Source of the DNA: Amphiura filiformis
Taxonomy: Eukaryota
DNA length: 64,000 bases
Direction of reading: 5' to 3'
Assembly (NCBI RefSeq): GCF_039555335.1
Contig: NC_092646.1
Location: 57,946,946-58,010,945, forward strand
Shown here: positions 1 to 12,910 of the stretch, in pieces
How positions within the stretch are numbered: position 1 is the stretch's first letter
How the letters are laid out: the number at the start of each line of letters is the position of its first letter
The notes under the pieces: generated by a model
Seen by the model: the letters and a program-made list of their open reading frames with translations, nothing else
Database searches by the model: none
What the model was told of the DNA's origin: nothing
Position numbers and translations under genes: made by a program

Positions 1-3000
1 TAATAATTGTGACCATCCACATCGAAATCGTATTGAGTCATTAACCTCTAATTGTGACCATCCACATCGAAATCGTATTGAGTCATTAACCTCTAATTGT
101 GACCATCCACATCGAAATCGTATTGAGTCATTAACCTCTAATTGTGACCATCCACATCGAAATCATATTGAGTCATTAACCTCTAATTGTGACCATCCAC
201 ATCGAAATCGTATTGAGTCATTAACCTCTAATTGTGACCATCCACATCGAAATCGTATTGAGTCATTAACCTCTAATTGTGACCATCCACATCGAAATCG
301 TATTGAGTCATTAACCTCTAATTGTGACCATCCACATCGAAATCGTATTGAGTCATTAACCTCTAATTGTGACCATCCACATCGAAATCATATTGAGTCA
401 TTAACCTCTAATTGTGACCATCCACATCGAAATCATATTGAGTCATTAACCTCTAATTGTGACCATCCACATCGAAATCGTATTGAGTCATTAACCTCTA
501 ATTGTGACCATCCACATCGAAATCGTATTGAGTCATTAACCTCTAATTGTGACCATCCACATCGAAATCGTATTGAGTCATTAACCTCTAATTGTGACCA
601 TCCACATCGAAATCGTATTGAGTCATTAACCTCTAATTGTGACCATCCACATCGAAATCGTATTGAGTCATTAACCTCTAATTGTGACCATCCACATCGA
701 AATCGTATTGAGTCATTAACCTCTAATTGTGACCATCCACATCGAAATCGTATTGAGTCATTAACCTCTAATTGTGACCATCCACATCGAAATCGTATTG
801 AGTCATTAACCTCTAATTGTGACCATCCACATCGAAATCGTATTGAGTCATTAACCTCTAATTGTGACCATCCACATCGAAATCGTATTGAGTCATTAAC
901 CTCTAATTGTGACCATCCACATCGAAAAATAGTATTCAGTCATTAACCTCTAATTGTGACCATCCACATCGAAATCGTATTGAGTCATTAACCTCTAATT
1001 GTGACCATCCACATCGAAATCGTATTGAGTCATTAACCTCTAATTGTGACCATCCACATCGAAATCGTATTGAGTCATTAACCTCTAATTGTGACCATCC
1101 ACATCGAAATCGTATTGAGTCATTAACCTCTAATTGTGACCATCCACATCGAAATCGTATTGAGTCATTAACCTCTAATTGTGACCATCCACATCGAAAT
1201 CGTATTGAGTCATTAACCTCTAATTGTGACCATCCACATCGAAATCGTATTGAGTCATTAACCTCTAATTGTGACCATCCACATCGAAATCGTATTGAGT
1301 CATTAACCTCTAATTGTGACCATCCACATCGAAATCGTATTGAGTCATTAACCTCTAATTGTGACCATCCACATCGAAATCATATTGAGTCATTAACCTC
1401 TAATTGTGACCATCCACATCGAATTCGTATTGAGTCATTAACCTCTAATTGTGACCATCCACATCGAAATCGTATTGAGTCATTAACCTCTAATTGTGAC
1501 CATCCACATCGAAATCGTATTGAGTCATTAACCTCTAATTGTGACCATCCACATCGAAATCGTATTGAGTCATTAACCTCTAATTGTGACCATCCACATC
1601 GAAATCGTATTGAGTCATTAACCTCTAATTGTGACCATCCACATCGAAATCGTATTGAGTCATTAACCTCTAATTGTGACCATCCACATCGAAATCGTAT
1701 TGAGTCATTAACCTCTAATTGTGACCATCCACATCGAAATCGTATTGAGTCATTAACCTCTAATTGTGACCATCCACATCGAAATCGTATTGAGTCATTA
1801 ACCTCTAATTGTGACCATCCACATCGAAATCGTATTGAGTCATTAACCTCTAATGACCATCCACATCGAAATCGTATTGAGTCATTAACCTCTAATTGTG
1901 ACCATCCACATCGAAATCATATTGAGTCATTAACCTCTAATTGTGACCATCCACATCGAAATCGTATTAAGTCATTAACCTCTAATTGTGACCATCCACA
2001 TCGAAATCGTATTGAGTCATTAACCTCTAATTGTGACCATCCACATCGAAATCGTATTGAGTCATTAACCTCTAATTGTGACCATCCACATCGAAATCGT
2101 ATTGAGTCATTAACCTCTAATTGTGACCATCCACATCGAAATCGTATTGAGTCATTAACCTCTAATTGTGACCATCCACATCGAAATCGTATTGAGTCAT
2201 TAACCTCTAATTGTGACCATCCACATCGAAATCGTATTGAGTCATTAACCTCTAATTGTGACCATCCACATCGAAATCGTATTGAGTCATTAACCTCTAA
2301 TTGTGACCATCCATCATCGAAATCGTATTGACCATCCACAGAAATCGTATTGAGTTAACCTCTAATTGTGACCATCCACATCGAAATCGTATTGAGTCAT
2401 TAACCTCTAATTGTGACCATCCACATCGAAATCGTATTGAGTCATTAACCTCTAATTGTGACCATCCACATCGAAATCGTATTGAGTCATTAACCTCTAA
2501 TTGTGACCATCCACATCGAAATCGTATTGAGTCATTAACCTCTAATTGTGACCATCCACATCGAAATCGTATTGAGTCATTAACCTCTAATTGTGACCAT
2601 CCACATCGAAATCGTATTGAGTCATTAACCTCTAATTGTGACCATCCACATCGAAATCGTATTGAGTCATTAACCTCTAATTGTGACCATCCACATCGAA
2701 ATCGTATTGAGTCATTAACCTCTAATTGTGACCATCCACATCGAAATCGTATTGAGTCATTAACCTCTAATTGTGACCATCCACATCGAAATCGTATTGA
2801 GTCATTAACCTCTAATTGTGACCATCCACATCGAAATCGTATTGAGTCATTAACCTCTAATTGTGACCATCCACATCGAAATCGTATTGAGTCATTAACC
2901 TCTAATTGTGACCATCCACATCGAAATCGTATTGAGTCATTAACCTCTAATTGTGACCATCCACATCGAAATCGTATTGAGTCATAACCTCTAATTAACC

Positions 3001-6000
3001 TCTAATTGTGACCATCCACATCAAAATCGTATTGAGTCATTAACCTCTAATTGTGACCATCCACATCGAAATCGTATTGAGTCATCGAAATCATATTGAG
3101 TCATTAACCTCTAATTGTGACCATCCACATCGAAATCGTATTGAGTCATTAACCTCTAATTGTGACCATCCACATCGAAATCGTATTGAGTCATTAACCT
3201 CTAATTGTGACCATCCACATCGAAATCGTATTGAGTCATTAACCTCTAATTGTGACCATCCACATCGAAATCGTATTGAGTCATTAACCTCTAATTGTGA
3301 CCATCCACATCGAAATCGTATTGAGTCATTAACCCACATCGAAATTGTATTGAGTCATTAACCTCTAATTGTGACCATCCACATCGAAATCGTATTGAGT
3401 CATTAACCTCTAATTGTGACCATCCACATCGAAATCGTATTGAGTCATTAACCTCTAATTGTGACCATCCACATCGAAATCATATTGAGTCATTAACCTC
3501 TAATTGTGACCATCCACATCGAAATCGTATTGAGTCATTAACCTCTAATTGTGACCATCCACATCGAAATCATATTGAGTCATTAACCTCTAATTGTGAC
3601 CATCCACATCGAAATCGTATTGAGTCATTAAACTCTAATTGTGACCATCCACATCGAAATCATATTGAGTCATTAACCTCTAATTGTGACCATCCACATC
3701 GAAATCGTATTGAGTCATTAACCTCTAATTGTGACCATCCACATCGAAATCGTATTGAGTCATTAACCTCTAATTGTGACCATCCACATCGAAATCGTAT
3801 TGAGTCATTAACCTCTAATTGTGACCATCCACATCGAAATCATATTGAGTCATTAACCTCTAATTGTGACCATCCACATCGAAATCGTATTGAGTCATTA
3901 ACCTCTAATTGTGACCATCCACATCGAAATCGTATTGAGTCATTAACCTCTAATTGTGACCATCCACATCGAAATCGTATTGAGTCATTAACCTCTAATT
4001 GTGACCATCCACATCGAAATCGTATTGAGTCATTAACCTCTAATTGTGACCATCCACATCGAAATCGTATTGAGTCATTAACCTCTAATTGTGACCATCC
4101 ACATCGAAATCGTATTGAGTCATTAACCTCTAATTGTGACCATCCACATCGAAATCGTATTGAGTCATTAACCCCTAATTGTGACCATCCACATCGAAAT
4201 CGTATTGAGTCATTAACCTCTAATTGTGACCATCCACATCGAAATCGTATTGAGTCATTAACCTCTAATTGTGACCATCCACATCGAAATCGTATTGAGT
4301 CATTAACCTCTAATTGTGACCATCCACATCGAAATCGTATTGAGTCATTAACCTCTAATTGTGACCATCCACATCGAAATCGTATTGAGTCATTAACCTC
4401 TAATTGTGACCATCCACATCGAAATCATATTGAGTCATTAACCTCTAATTGTGACCATCCACATCGAAATCGTATTGAGTCATTAACCTCTAATTGTGAT
4501 TGTGATCCATCCACATCGAAATCGTATTGAGTCATTAACCTCTAATTGTGACCATCCACATCGAAATCGTATTGAGTCATTAACCTCTAATTGTGACCAT
4601 CCACATCGAAATCGTATTGAGTCATTAACCTCTAATTGTGACCATCCACATCGAAATCATATTGAGTCATTAACCTCTAATTGTGACCATCCACATCGAA
4701 ATCGTATTGAGTCATTAACCTCTAATTGTGACCATCCACATCGAAATCGTATTGAGTCATTAACCTCTAATTGTGACCATCCACATCGAAATCGTATTGA
4801 GTCATTAACCTCTAATTGTGACCATCCACATCGAAATCGTATTGAGTCATTAACCTCTAATTGTGACCATCCACATCGAAATCGTATTGAGTCATTAACC
4901 TCTAATTGTGACCATCCACATCGAAATCGTATTGAGTCATTAACCTCTAATTGTGACCATCCACATCGAAATCGTATTGAGTCATTAACCTCTAATTGTG
5001 ACCATCCACATCGAAATCGTATTGAGTCATTAACCTCTAATTGTGACCATCCACATCGAAATCGTATTGAGTCATTAACCTCTAATTGTGACCATCCACA
5101 TCGAAATCGTATTGAGTCATTAACCTCTAATTGTGACCATCCACATCGAAATCGTATTGAGTCATTAACCTCTAATTGTGACCATCCACATCAAAATCGT
5201 ATTGAGTCATTAACCTCTAATTGTGACCATCCACATCGAAATCGTATTGAGTCATTAACCTCTAATTGTGACCATCCACATCGAAATCGTATTGAGTCAT
5301 TAACCTCTAATTGTGACCATCCACATCGAAATCGTATTGAGTCATTAACCTCTAATTGTGACCATCCACATCGAAATCGTATTGAGTCATTAACCTCTAA
5401 TTGTGACCATCCACATCGAAATCGTATTGAGTCATTAACCTCTAATTGTGACCATCCACATCGAAATCGTATTGAGTCATTAACCTCTAATTGTGACCAT
5501 CCACATCAAAATCGTATTGAGTCATTAACCTCTAATTGTGACCATCCACATCGAAATCGTATTGAGTCATTAACCTCTAATTGTGACCATCCACATCGAA
5601 ATCGTATTGAGTCATTAACCTCTAATTGTGACCATCCACATCGAAATCGTATTGAGTCATTAACCTCTAATTGTGACCATCCACATCGAAATCGTATTGA
5701 GTCATTAACCTCTAATTGTGACCATCCACATCGAAATCATATTGAGTCATTAACCTCTAATTGTGACCATCCACATCGAAATCGTATTGAGTCATTAACC
5801 TCTAATTGTGACCATCCACATCGAAATCGTATTGAGTCATTAACCTCTAATTGTGACCATCCACATCGAAATCGTATTGAGTCATTAACCTCTAATTGTG
5901 ACCATCCACATCAAAATCGTATTGAGTCATTAACCTCTAATTGTGACCATCCACATCGAAATCGTATTGAGTCATTAACCTCTAATTGTGACCATCCACA

Positions 6001-7810
6001 TCGAAATCATATTGAGTCATTAACCTCTAATTGTGACCATCCACATCGAAATCATATTGAGTCATTAACCTCTAATTGTGACCATCCACATCGAAATCGT
6101 ATTGAGTCATTAACCTCTAATTGTGACCATCCACATCGAAATCATATTGAGTCATTAACCTCTAATTGTGACCATCCACATCGAAATCATATTGAGTCAT
6201 TAACCTCTAATTGTGACCATCCACATCGAAATCATATTGAGTCATTAACCTCTAATTGTGACCATCCACATCGAAATCATATTGAGTCATTAACCTCTAA
6301 TTGTGACCATCCACATCGAAATCGTATTGAGTCATTAACCTCTAATTGTGACCATCCACATCGAAATCATATTGAGTCATTAACCTCTAATTGTGACCAT
6401 CCACATCGAAATCATATTGAGTCATTAACCTCTAATTGTGACCATCCACATCGAAATCGTATTGAGTCATTAACCTCTAATTGTGACCATCCACATCAAA
6501 ATCGTATTGAGTCATTAACCTCTAATTGTGACCATCCACATCGAAATCATATTGAGTCATTAACCTCTAATTGTGACCATCCACATCGAAATCGTATTGA
6601 GTCATTAACCTCTAATTGTGACCATCCACATCGAAATCATATTGAGTCATTAACCTCTAATTGTGACCATCCACATCGAAATCGTATTGAGTCATTAACC
6701 TCTAATTGTGACCATCCACATCGAAATCGTATTGAGTCATTAACCTCTAATTGTGACCATCCACATCGAAATCATATTGAGTCATTAACCTCTAATTGTG
6801 ACCATCCACATCGAAATCATATTGAGTCATTAACCTCTAATTGTGACCATCCACATCGAAATCATATTGAGTCATTAACCTCTAATTGTGACCATCCACA
6901 TCTAAATCATATTGAGTCATTAACCTCTAATTGTGACCATCCACATCGAAATCGTATTGAGTCATTAACCTCTAATTGTGACCATCCACATCGAAATCGT
7001 ATTGAGTCATTAACCTCTAATTGTGACCATCCACATCGAAATCGTATTGAGTCATTAACCTCTAATTGTGACCATCCACATCGAAATCGTATTGAGTCAT
7101 TAACCTCTAATTGTGACCATCCACATCGAAATCATATTGAGTCATTAACCTCTAATTGTGACCATCCACATCGAAATCATATTGAGTCATTAACCTCTAA
7201 TTGTGACCATCCACATCGAAATCGTATTGAGTCATTAACCTCTAATTGTGACCATCCACATCGAAATCGTATTGAGTCATTAACCTCTAATTGTGACCAT
7301 CCACATCGAAATCGTATTGAGTCATTAACCTCTAATTGTGACCATCCACATCGAAATCGTATTGAGTCATTAACCTCTAATTGTGACCATCCACATCGAA
7401 ATCGTATTGAGTCATTAACCTCTAATTGTGACCATCCACATCGAAATCATATTGAGTCATTAACCTCTAATTGTGACCATCCACATCGAAATCGTATTGA
7501 GTCATTAACCTCTAATTGTGACCATCCACATCCACATCGAATCGTATTGAGTCATTAACCTCTAATTGTGACCATCCACATCGAAATCGTATTGAGTCAT
7601 TAACCTCTAATTGTGACCATCCACATCGAAATCGTATTGAGTCATTAACCTCTAATTGTGACCATCCACATCAAAATCATATTGAGTCATTAACCTCTAA
7701 TTGTGACCATCCACATCAAAATCATATTGAGTCATTAACCTCTAATTGTGACCATCCACATCGAAATCGTATTGAGTCATTAACCTCTAATTGTGACCAT
7801 CCACATCGAA
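1..7810. repeat. 45-bp tandem satellite, consensus TGTGACCATCCACATCGAAATCGTATTGAGTCATTAACCTCTAAT, about 173 copies, extends beyond window start
   Basis: A perfect 45-nt periodicity is visible by eye. The same 15-aa period (HPHRNRIESLTSNCD) appears in every stop-free frame of the ORF track. Variants are few (CGT>CAT, CGA>CAA) and junction scars are small. Confidence 0.97.
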
Positions 7811-8304
7811 ACGCTCGTAAAGTCGGCCCCTGGTCAATTATGTTTTCTTGCGTATTTAGAAAATATATATCATAAGCTTTACAATGATATATCATTTAAC
7901 TTCAAACAATATCCAGAAGCGGGGTTATGGCTTGTTAAACTTTGCTACTTCAGTAAAAAGGTACATTATTTTGGTGCTACAATACATGTATATCTCTTTT
8001 TCTATATACATTGCTGGTATTAAATATCAAATGGTCATATTTGGTCACTTTAAATCATCCCCAAGTCAAACGAGGTTCAGGAATGTCCTCTCATTGTTAA
8101 TTGTTGGTTAACTCACCATTTGAACAGGATTTAGCCAAAGCAAACAAAGACTAAAGCTATTTACTATAAGTATAAGCTTATTATCCTCTTCAACAATAGG
8201 ATTAAAGATTGGTATTTGACTGGACTGAAATGAGACACTTGTAGGACAATTATTAGGTACATTATGAATACAAGCTTTATGCACATTTTGGACTGTAACT
8301 CGAA

Positions 8305-8365
8305 ATACAATTTGCCGACTTTACGAGTGGTTTGAGATGGATGGTCACAATTATCCTCCACTCCA
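8305..8365 (-). repeat. Inverted copy of the satellite-end/terminal sequence (GCCGACTTTACGAG...GATGGTCACAATTATCC), pairing with 7773-7830
   Basis: The reverse complement of 8305-8365 is about 85% identical to the last satellite monomer plus CGCTCGTAAAGTCGGC at 7773-7826. Confidence 0.6.
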
Positions 8366-8392
8366 CTGACATGTTTTGTTTTTTCATTTCAG

Positions 8393-8529
8393 GAAACATT
8401 CAACAAGTTTGAGTCACCACAAGACATAGTGAAATTTTCCGAGGGTGATATATTGTCTAAAGTACATATACACAATCCAGCGTTTGACTACGTGCCTCCA
8501 GAATTAGTTACTCTCTATATATCGAATAT
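8393..8529 (+). CDS. EIF2B4: eIF2B delta-like (translation initiation factor 2B subunit), penultimate coding exon
   Basis: Acceptor ttttgttttttcatttcag|GAAACA. Translation is [45 protein letters not shown], matching the conserved eIF2B family C-terminal motif NP.FDY(V)PPEL.TL.I.N. Donor AT|gtaagt, phase 2. Confidence 0.6.
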
Positions 8530-8604
8530 GTAAGTACAGTGTAATTGGGAGCAACTTTAAAATTCTATATGTCCCGGTAATATTTTTCACGTGTAGTTTT
8601 TGTG

Positions 8605-8725
8605 GTGAAGGTTTCAAATGGGGTCACCCATACAGGTAAACCCCATTTGCAATTCACACTCCCTGTGTGGGAGATTAAGGTCGTGTCTTTCATTGGGGTG
8701 TATGGATTTCAACTGGAATAGCTGA
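8605..8725. mobile_element. MITE family A (hairpin, core GGAAGACATGACCTTAATCTCCCACACAGGGAGTGTGAATTTCAAATGGGG), partial copy
   Basis: Matches the right half of the family-A consensus. Confidence 0.6.
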
Positions 8726-9479
8726 TAACCTAATTGGCACCTTAGGCACCAAGTCGTACACTGAAAATTATTATACTTAGTTCTCTGGGTTATCGGGATG
8801 AACAATTTTTTAATATTTCCCCAGAGTAGGCCAGTGCACATAAACGTTGAAAAAACAAAACAAAACAGTGCATTCCGGCAGGATTCGAACTGTTCGAATT
8901 AGGTTAGAATGATGTTCGTTACATTCCTAGCAGAAAGCATTAGAACTGCATATTTATAACAAATACACAAAGTCACATAAGTATGAAATTTATTATACTT
9001 AGTTCTCTGGGTTTTTAATGGGATGAACAAATTTTTAAACTTTCCCCAGAGTAAAGCCAGTGCACATAAACGTTGTAAAAAAGTCATACACTTTCAGGGG
9101 TGGCGCTTATTAAAATAATGAAATGAGAGGGAATTAAGAAAATTATACCATCATAAACATGAAGCCGTCAAAATCCTAAAAAGCCGGTAAGTATGCAGGC
9201 GTTCTAATTGAATCAATTTCTATGATGTATCTTGCGTATTGAAGGTCTGAAGTGATGTATTGAAGTATCTTTCCACATGACCAATGTTCATTGCCTACAG
9301 GCCTATACAGTAGCGAGTCATTAAAAAAAATATAGATATTTTCCCAACCGACCAACCCACCCCAAAAATGCCACTGGAGGGCAAGCAAATTTTTTATTTC
9401 TTGGCCTTATGTGTACAGGTACAAAAGTGCTTATCAAATTAGATATACTAATCTTATTTGTTATCTTTTTGTATTACAG

Positions 9480-9552
9480 TGGTGGTAATGCACCTTCATA
9501 TGTATACAGGTTACTAAGTGAGATGTATCACCCAGACGACACAGAATTATAG
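9480..9552 (+). CDS. EIF2B4: eIF2B delta-like terminal coding exon ([24 protein letters not shown])
   Basis: Acceptor ttgtattacag|T is phase-compatible with the previous exon. The GGNAPSY.YRL.SE.YHPDD C-terminus is characteristic of eIF2B delta. Stop TAG at 9550-9552. Confidence 0.6.
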
Positions 9553-9758
9553 CACCATTGTGGCTTGGTATTTAATGTCATACTATACTTTGTATAACCT
9601 CAAGTTTTGGTAGTGCCATTGGTGCTTTGATGCGATTGTGCGGCGAGCATACCGACAAACATGCACGTGTGTACACTCTACAGGATTATGTTTAGCATAC
9701 TCGATTCAATACTGCTACTAGCAAAATATGCACTTGACTCACTACCAAAATCGAGGTG

Positions 9759-9764
9759 AAATAA
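9759..9764 (+). promoter_or_regulatory. Candidate polyadenylation signal AATAAA for the EIF2B4-like 3'UTR
   Basis: AATAAA lies about 207 bp after the stop codon. No other canonical hexamer is nearby. Confidence 0.3.
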
Positions 9765-9995
9765 AGTATAGGTTTTAACTACACTTTCACCTCTGATGTT
9801 ATGCCGGACAGATTCCATTCACTGAAGGAGGTGTGTTGATAGCAGTGCAATGGAGTAAATGAATCTACATCAATACAGCTTAGTGTTACCCAGGATTGAA
9901 CAGGGCACCTGTCTCATCAAACCATTTACTTTGCCACTGTTACCTTTTTGATGAACATGCATGATCGAGGTGACATCCTAGCTGAAACAGATAAT

Positions 9996-10345
9996 ACCGT
10001 ATTGGTCCGAGTATAGTCCCACCCGTTTTTATGTAAACATTTTTAAAAATTGGGGGGTGGGATTATAATAAAAAAAAAAAAAAAAAATCTAGATCATTCA
10101 TGGTTGACCTAAAAAAAAAAAAATTGATACTTTGTTTTCATGTCATACTCTATTAATGATTTCAAAATGCATTCAAATTCTATGCATTTTGAAATCATTA
10201 ATAGAGTATGACATGAATACAAATTATCAATTTTCATATTTAAAATACAAAATATCTTGAAATTTTTTTTTTTTTTTTTTTTTTTTGAAAAATGGGGGTG
10301 GGATTATACTCGAGCATGGGACTATACTCGGACGAATACGGTAAT
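9996..10345. mobile_element. MITE with ~27-bp TIRs (TACCGTATTSGTCCGAGTATAGTCCCA), internal A/T homopolymers and a 74-bp perfect palindrome (10140-10215)
   Basis: Left end 9996-10025 is the reverse complement of right end 10310-10345. The internal palindrome TGTCATACTCTATTAATGATTTCAAAATGCAT...ATGCATTTTGAAATCATTAATAGAGTATGACA is visible. Confidence 0.7.
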
Positions 10346-10739
10346 AGATGTACTGACAAGATGTACTGACAAGTTGCAGGGTCAATCAGTGATGTAGGGG
10401 CATGATGGGAGTTTCCCCAATATGGAAGAATCAATTAGGAAGAGCCAGTCTCGGTGTAAATTACAAATTTAATGCTGGTATTTAAATTAATTGGTTAAGG
10501 TTTATATAATGTGACAGGATCAAGGGGAATGAGTCACATGTTGGCAATTTTCAATAAGATTTTTACATCACTTTCTGGCAGTTTATAAATGCTACATTTG
10601 GGTGCAAAGCCCATCAATATCGGATATCTGGTTACCGAGTGATGAGCAGTATATCAATGGCTAAATCAAAAGAATTTGAACACTGTTTTTGCCAGTATCT
10701 CAAAAACAATATTAGCGACATCCGACTCATTCCCCTTGA

Positions 10740-11500
10740 TCATGTCACATATGTGACACAATCTAGTCCATGGGGTCCAAAGGTGGCAAATTTTAAATTG
10801 AGATAAAGGCAAAAATATGGAGTAAAAAACAATAAAATACATAACAAAATACACATCACAAAGCTTCATAACTTTAGAACCAAGTATGCTAGACCTTTGG
10901 TGTTTTCAGTATATGATAGCCTATTGTTTGTATAAGGTAATGTATGGTAACTCAATTGTCAAAAATGCCTTCTTTGGCCCCCATGGAGCAGATCGTGGCA
11001 CATATTTTGACTTTAAAAAGATGTCAGCGATAAAATCTCATTCCTCAAGCACCTATGTGACCTGGTCGGTCTGGTCCATGAGGGCCAAAGGTGGCAAATT
11101 TGGGTCGATCCTTCATGTAATTATTTTGTGTAATCTAATCCTAACCCTAATCCTAACCCTAATCATAATCATAACCCTAATCCTAACCCTAATCCTAACC
11201 CTAAACTAACCCTATAACCTTAACCCTAACCCTAATTTCAGTCGTGTAAAATTACATGAAGGAATAACCCAAATTTGAAATTTAGATAAAGACAAAAATA
11301 TGGATTTAAAAAAAAAAAACATTTAATACATTAAAAAATAGACATCACAAAACTTCAGATCTATTCATAAAAGGATATACGGTATGATAGACCTTTGGTG
11401 TTTTCAGGATATGATAGCTTATTGTTTGTATAAGGTAATAATTATAGTATCTCAGTTTTCAAAAATGCCTCCTTTGGCCTCCATGAACATAATGGGAGTT
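10740..11500. repeat. Local ~480-bp duplication; its two halves flank an interstitial telomere-like array
   Basis: 10760-10990 and 11240-11470 are about 80% identical (GACCTTTGGTGTTTTCAG...TGTTTGTATAAGGTAAT; AAAAATGCCTYCTTTGGCC). Confidence 0.6.
11104..11236 (-). repeat. Interstitial telomeric repeat (CCCTAA/TTAGGG)n, degenerate, about 20 units
   Basis: CTAACCCTAATCCTAACCCTAA... It is flanked by the inverted pair CCTTCATGTAATT / AATTACATGAAGG, so it sits in a hairpin loop. Confidence 0.85.
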
Positions 11501-11989
11501 TCAACTATCTTTGAGAAAGATTTTGAAAGGTATGTCATTCAATGTATGAGGGCTTGAAAACATCCACATCTGTGTCTATATAGTATCATCTGTTTGTTTG
11601 TAACATTTTCAGTTGTTGCCACAAAATGTTATTTAGAAATATTTGCATGTTGACGAAATATGTTTCCAAACTGTTTGGACAAAAACAGTTTACAATAACA
11701 ATTTTTCAACATACAACATCAGTGTGGTTATCTCAATACACATGTGTTAACATTTAACCGAGACTAAACTCTAGGTAGACTTACACAAAGTTATTGAGTC
11801 CCAACCAAGGGTGAGATTAAACAGGAGACCTGGCTGTTGACCTACATAACTTGCATCTCTGATTTCAGCACCTTGGAATTGTTAAACAGTGCCTATTTGG
11901 AACTAAACTTCCACTAAAGTAAGCTGCCTTTTATCAGTTTTGATTTGCGCCACTTTTGGTAACATAAAATTGAAGTTTGAATTTATTGG

Positions 11990-12910
11990 ATTGTCTCTTT
12001 GTGAGCTTGAAGTGGCTCCTGATTCGTATGAAATCCCTGTGAATCAGGAGCCACATGCAGGAGGTACAAAGAGGCCCCTGGTTTAGTCTCCACACAGCAG
12101 CCAGTTTAGTTCCGCTTCCTCCACACAGTCTGCCAATGATATCTAACTAGTTCTTTTTGATTGGCCAACACTTTTCCCATGACATCATCCAGCACAACTT
12201 CAAACAAGGCTGCTTGAACAATTATAACAGACGTAGGCTTACCTTTATAACTTCATGGCTACATGTATCATCCAAATTTGCCCAGGACCAGTTTGTCATA
12301 AATACCCCTTGTGCGTACAACAACGATAAACGAAATACCGGTGGGTTTTCGATGCTGCTCGCACAGCTGATTATCTGGCAGTGAGTTCAACCCAGACTCA
12401 AGTTCACGGATCACTCAATTACTGGTACTGCATTATAGACTTAATCAGACCTGCCAACTGTCCCTCATTTTGAGGGACTGTCCCTCATTTGGGGTTTACC
12501 AAAGTGAAAATGAGGGACAGTCCTGTTTTCTGAAAATTTCAGCGATGACAAATTTAAATGTAAGAACAGCAGAAAATGATGGAAATATCTCTTTAAAATT
12601 TACTATAGCATTCTCTTTAGTCTATTGTGATAAATTAAGACCTGCAAAACCTCCGAATTCTGAAAGTAATGCACACCTAGTATTTATCAAGTCTTTGAAT
12701 TTGTTGGTACCTGGTTTGTGTACATGGACAAGGTTTTGGTCTCAATGTCCCTCATTCTAACTTTGGTAGGTTGGCAGGTCTGGACTTTACATAGTCACCC
12801 TCTAGCCAATCAGAAACAACTACGTTATTTTTGTCATTGGCAGACTATTTGTGAGGAGGGAGTGGAACCAAACTGGCTGCCGAGGAGACTACTCTTGGTC
12901 GAGAAGTCCT
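11990..12910. mobile_element. Inverted-repeat element hosting MITE-C; arms 12040-12140 and 12815-12885
   Basis: CCACACAGCAGCCAGTTTAGTTCC...CAGTCTGCCAATGA pairs with TCATTGGCAGACTA...GGAACCAAACTGGCTGCCGAGGAG as a reverse complement. Confidence 0.5.
12446..12784. mobile_element. MITE family C (TIR CCAGACCTGCCAAC), copy 1
   Basis: TIRs CAGACCTGCCAACTGTCCCTCATTT ... GGTAGGTTGGCAGGTCTGG. It is about 85% identical to 59223-59554. Confidence 0.8.

Noticed and set aside
1917-7558. Very long ORFs in both strands of the satellite, e.g. 4496-7558 (1020 aa) and 2328-2987
   Set aside because: They are stop-free by periodicity only. The translation is a perfect 15-aa repeat (HPHRNRIESLTSNCD) and the minus frames are equally open. 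This is tandem-repeat DNA, not coding sequence.
12470-12760. Paired similar ORFs 12470-12760 and 59184-59531 (RDCPSFGVYQSENEGQSCFLKIS...)
   Set aside because: Both are inside copies of MITE family C. The open frame is conserved only because the elements are about 85% identical.
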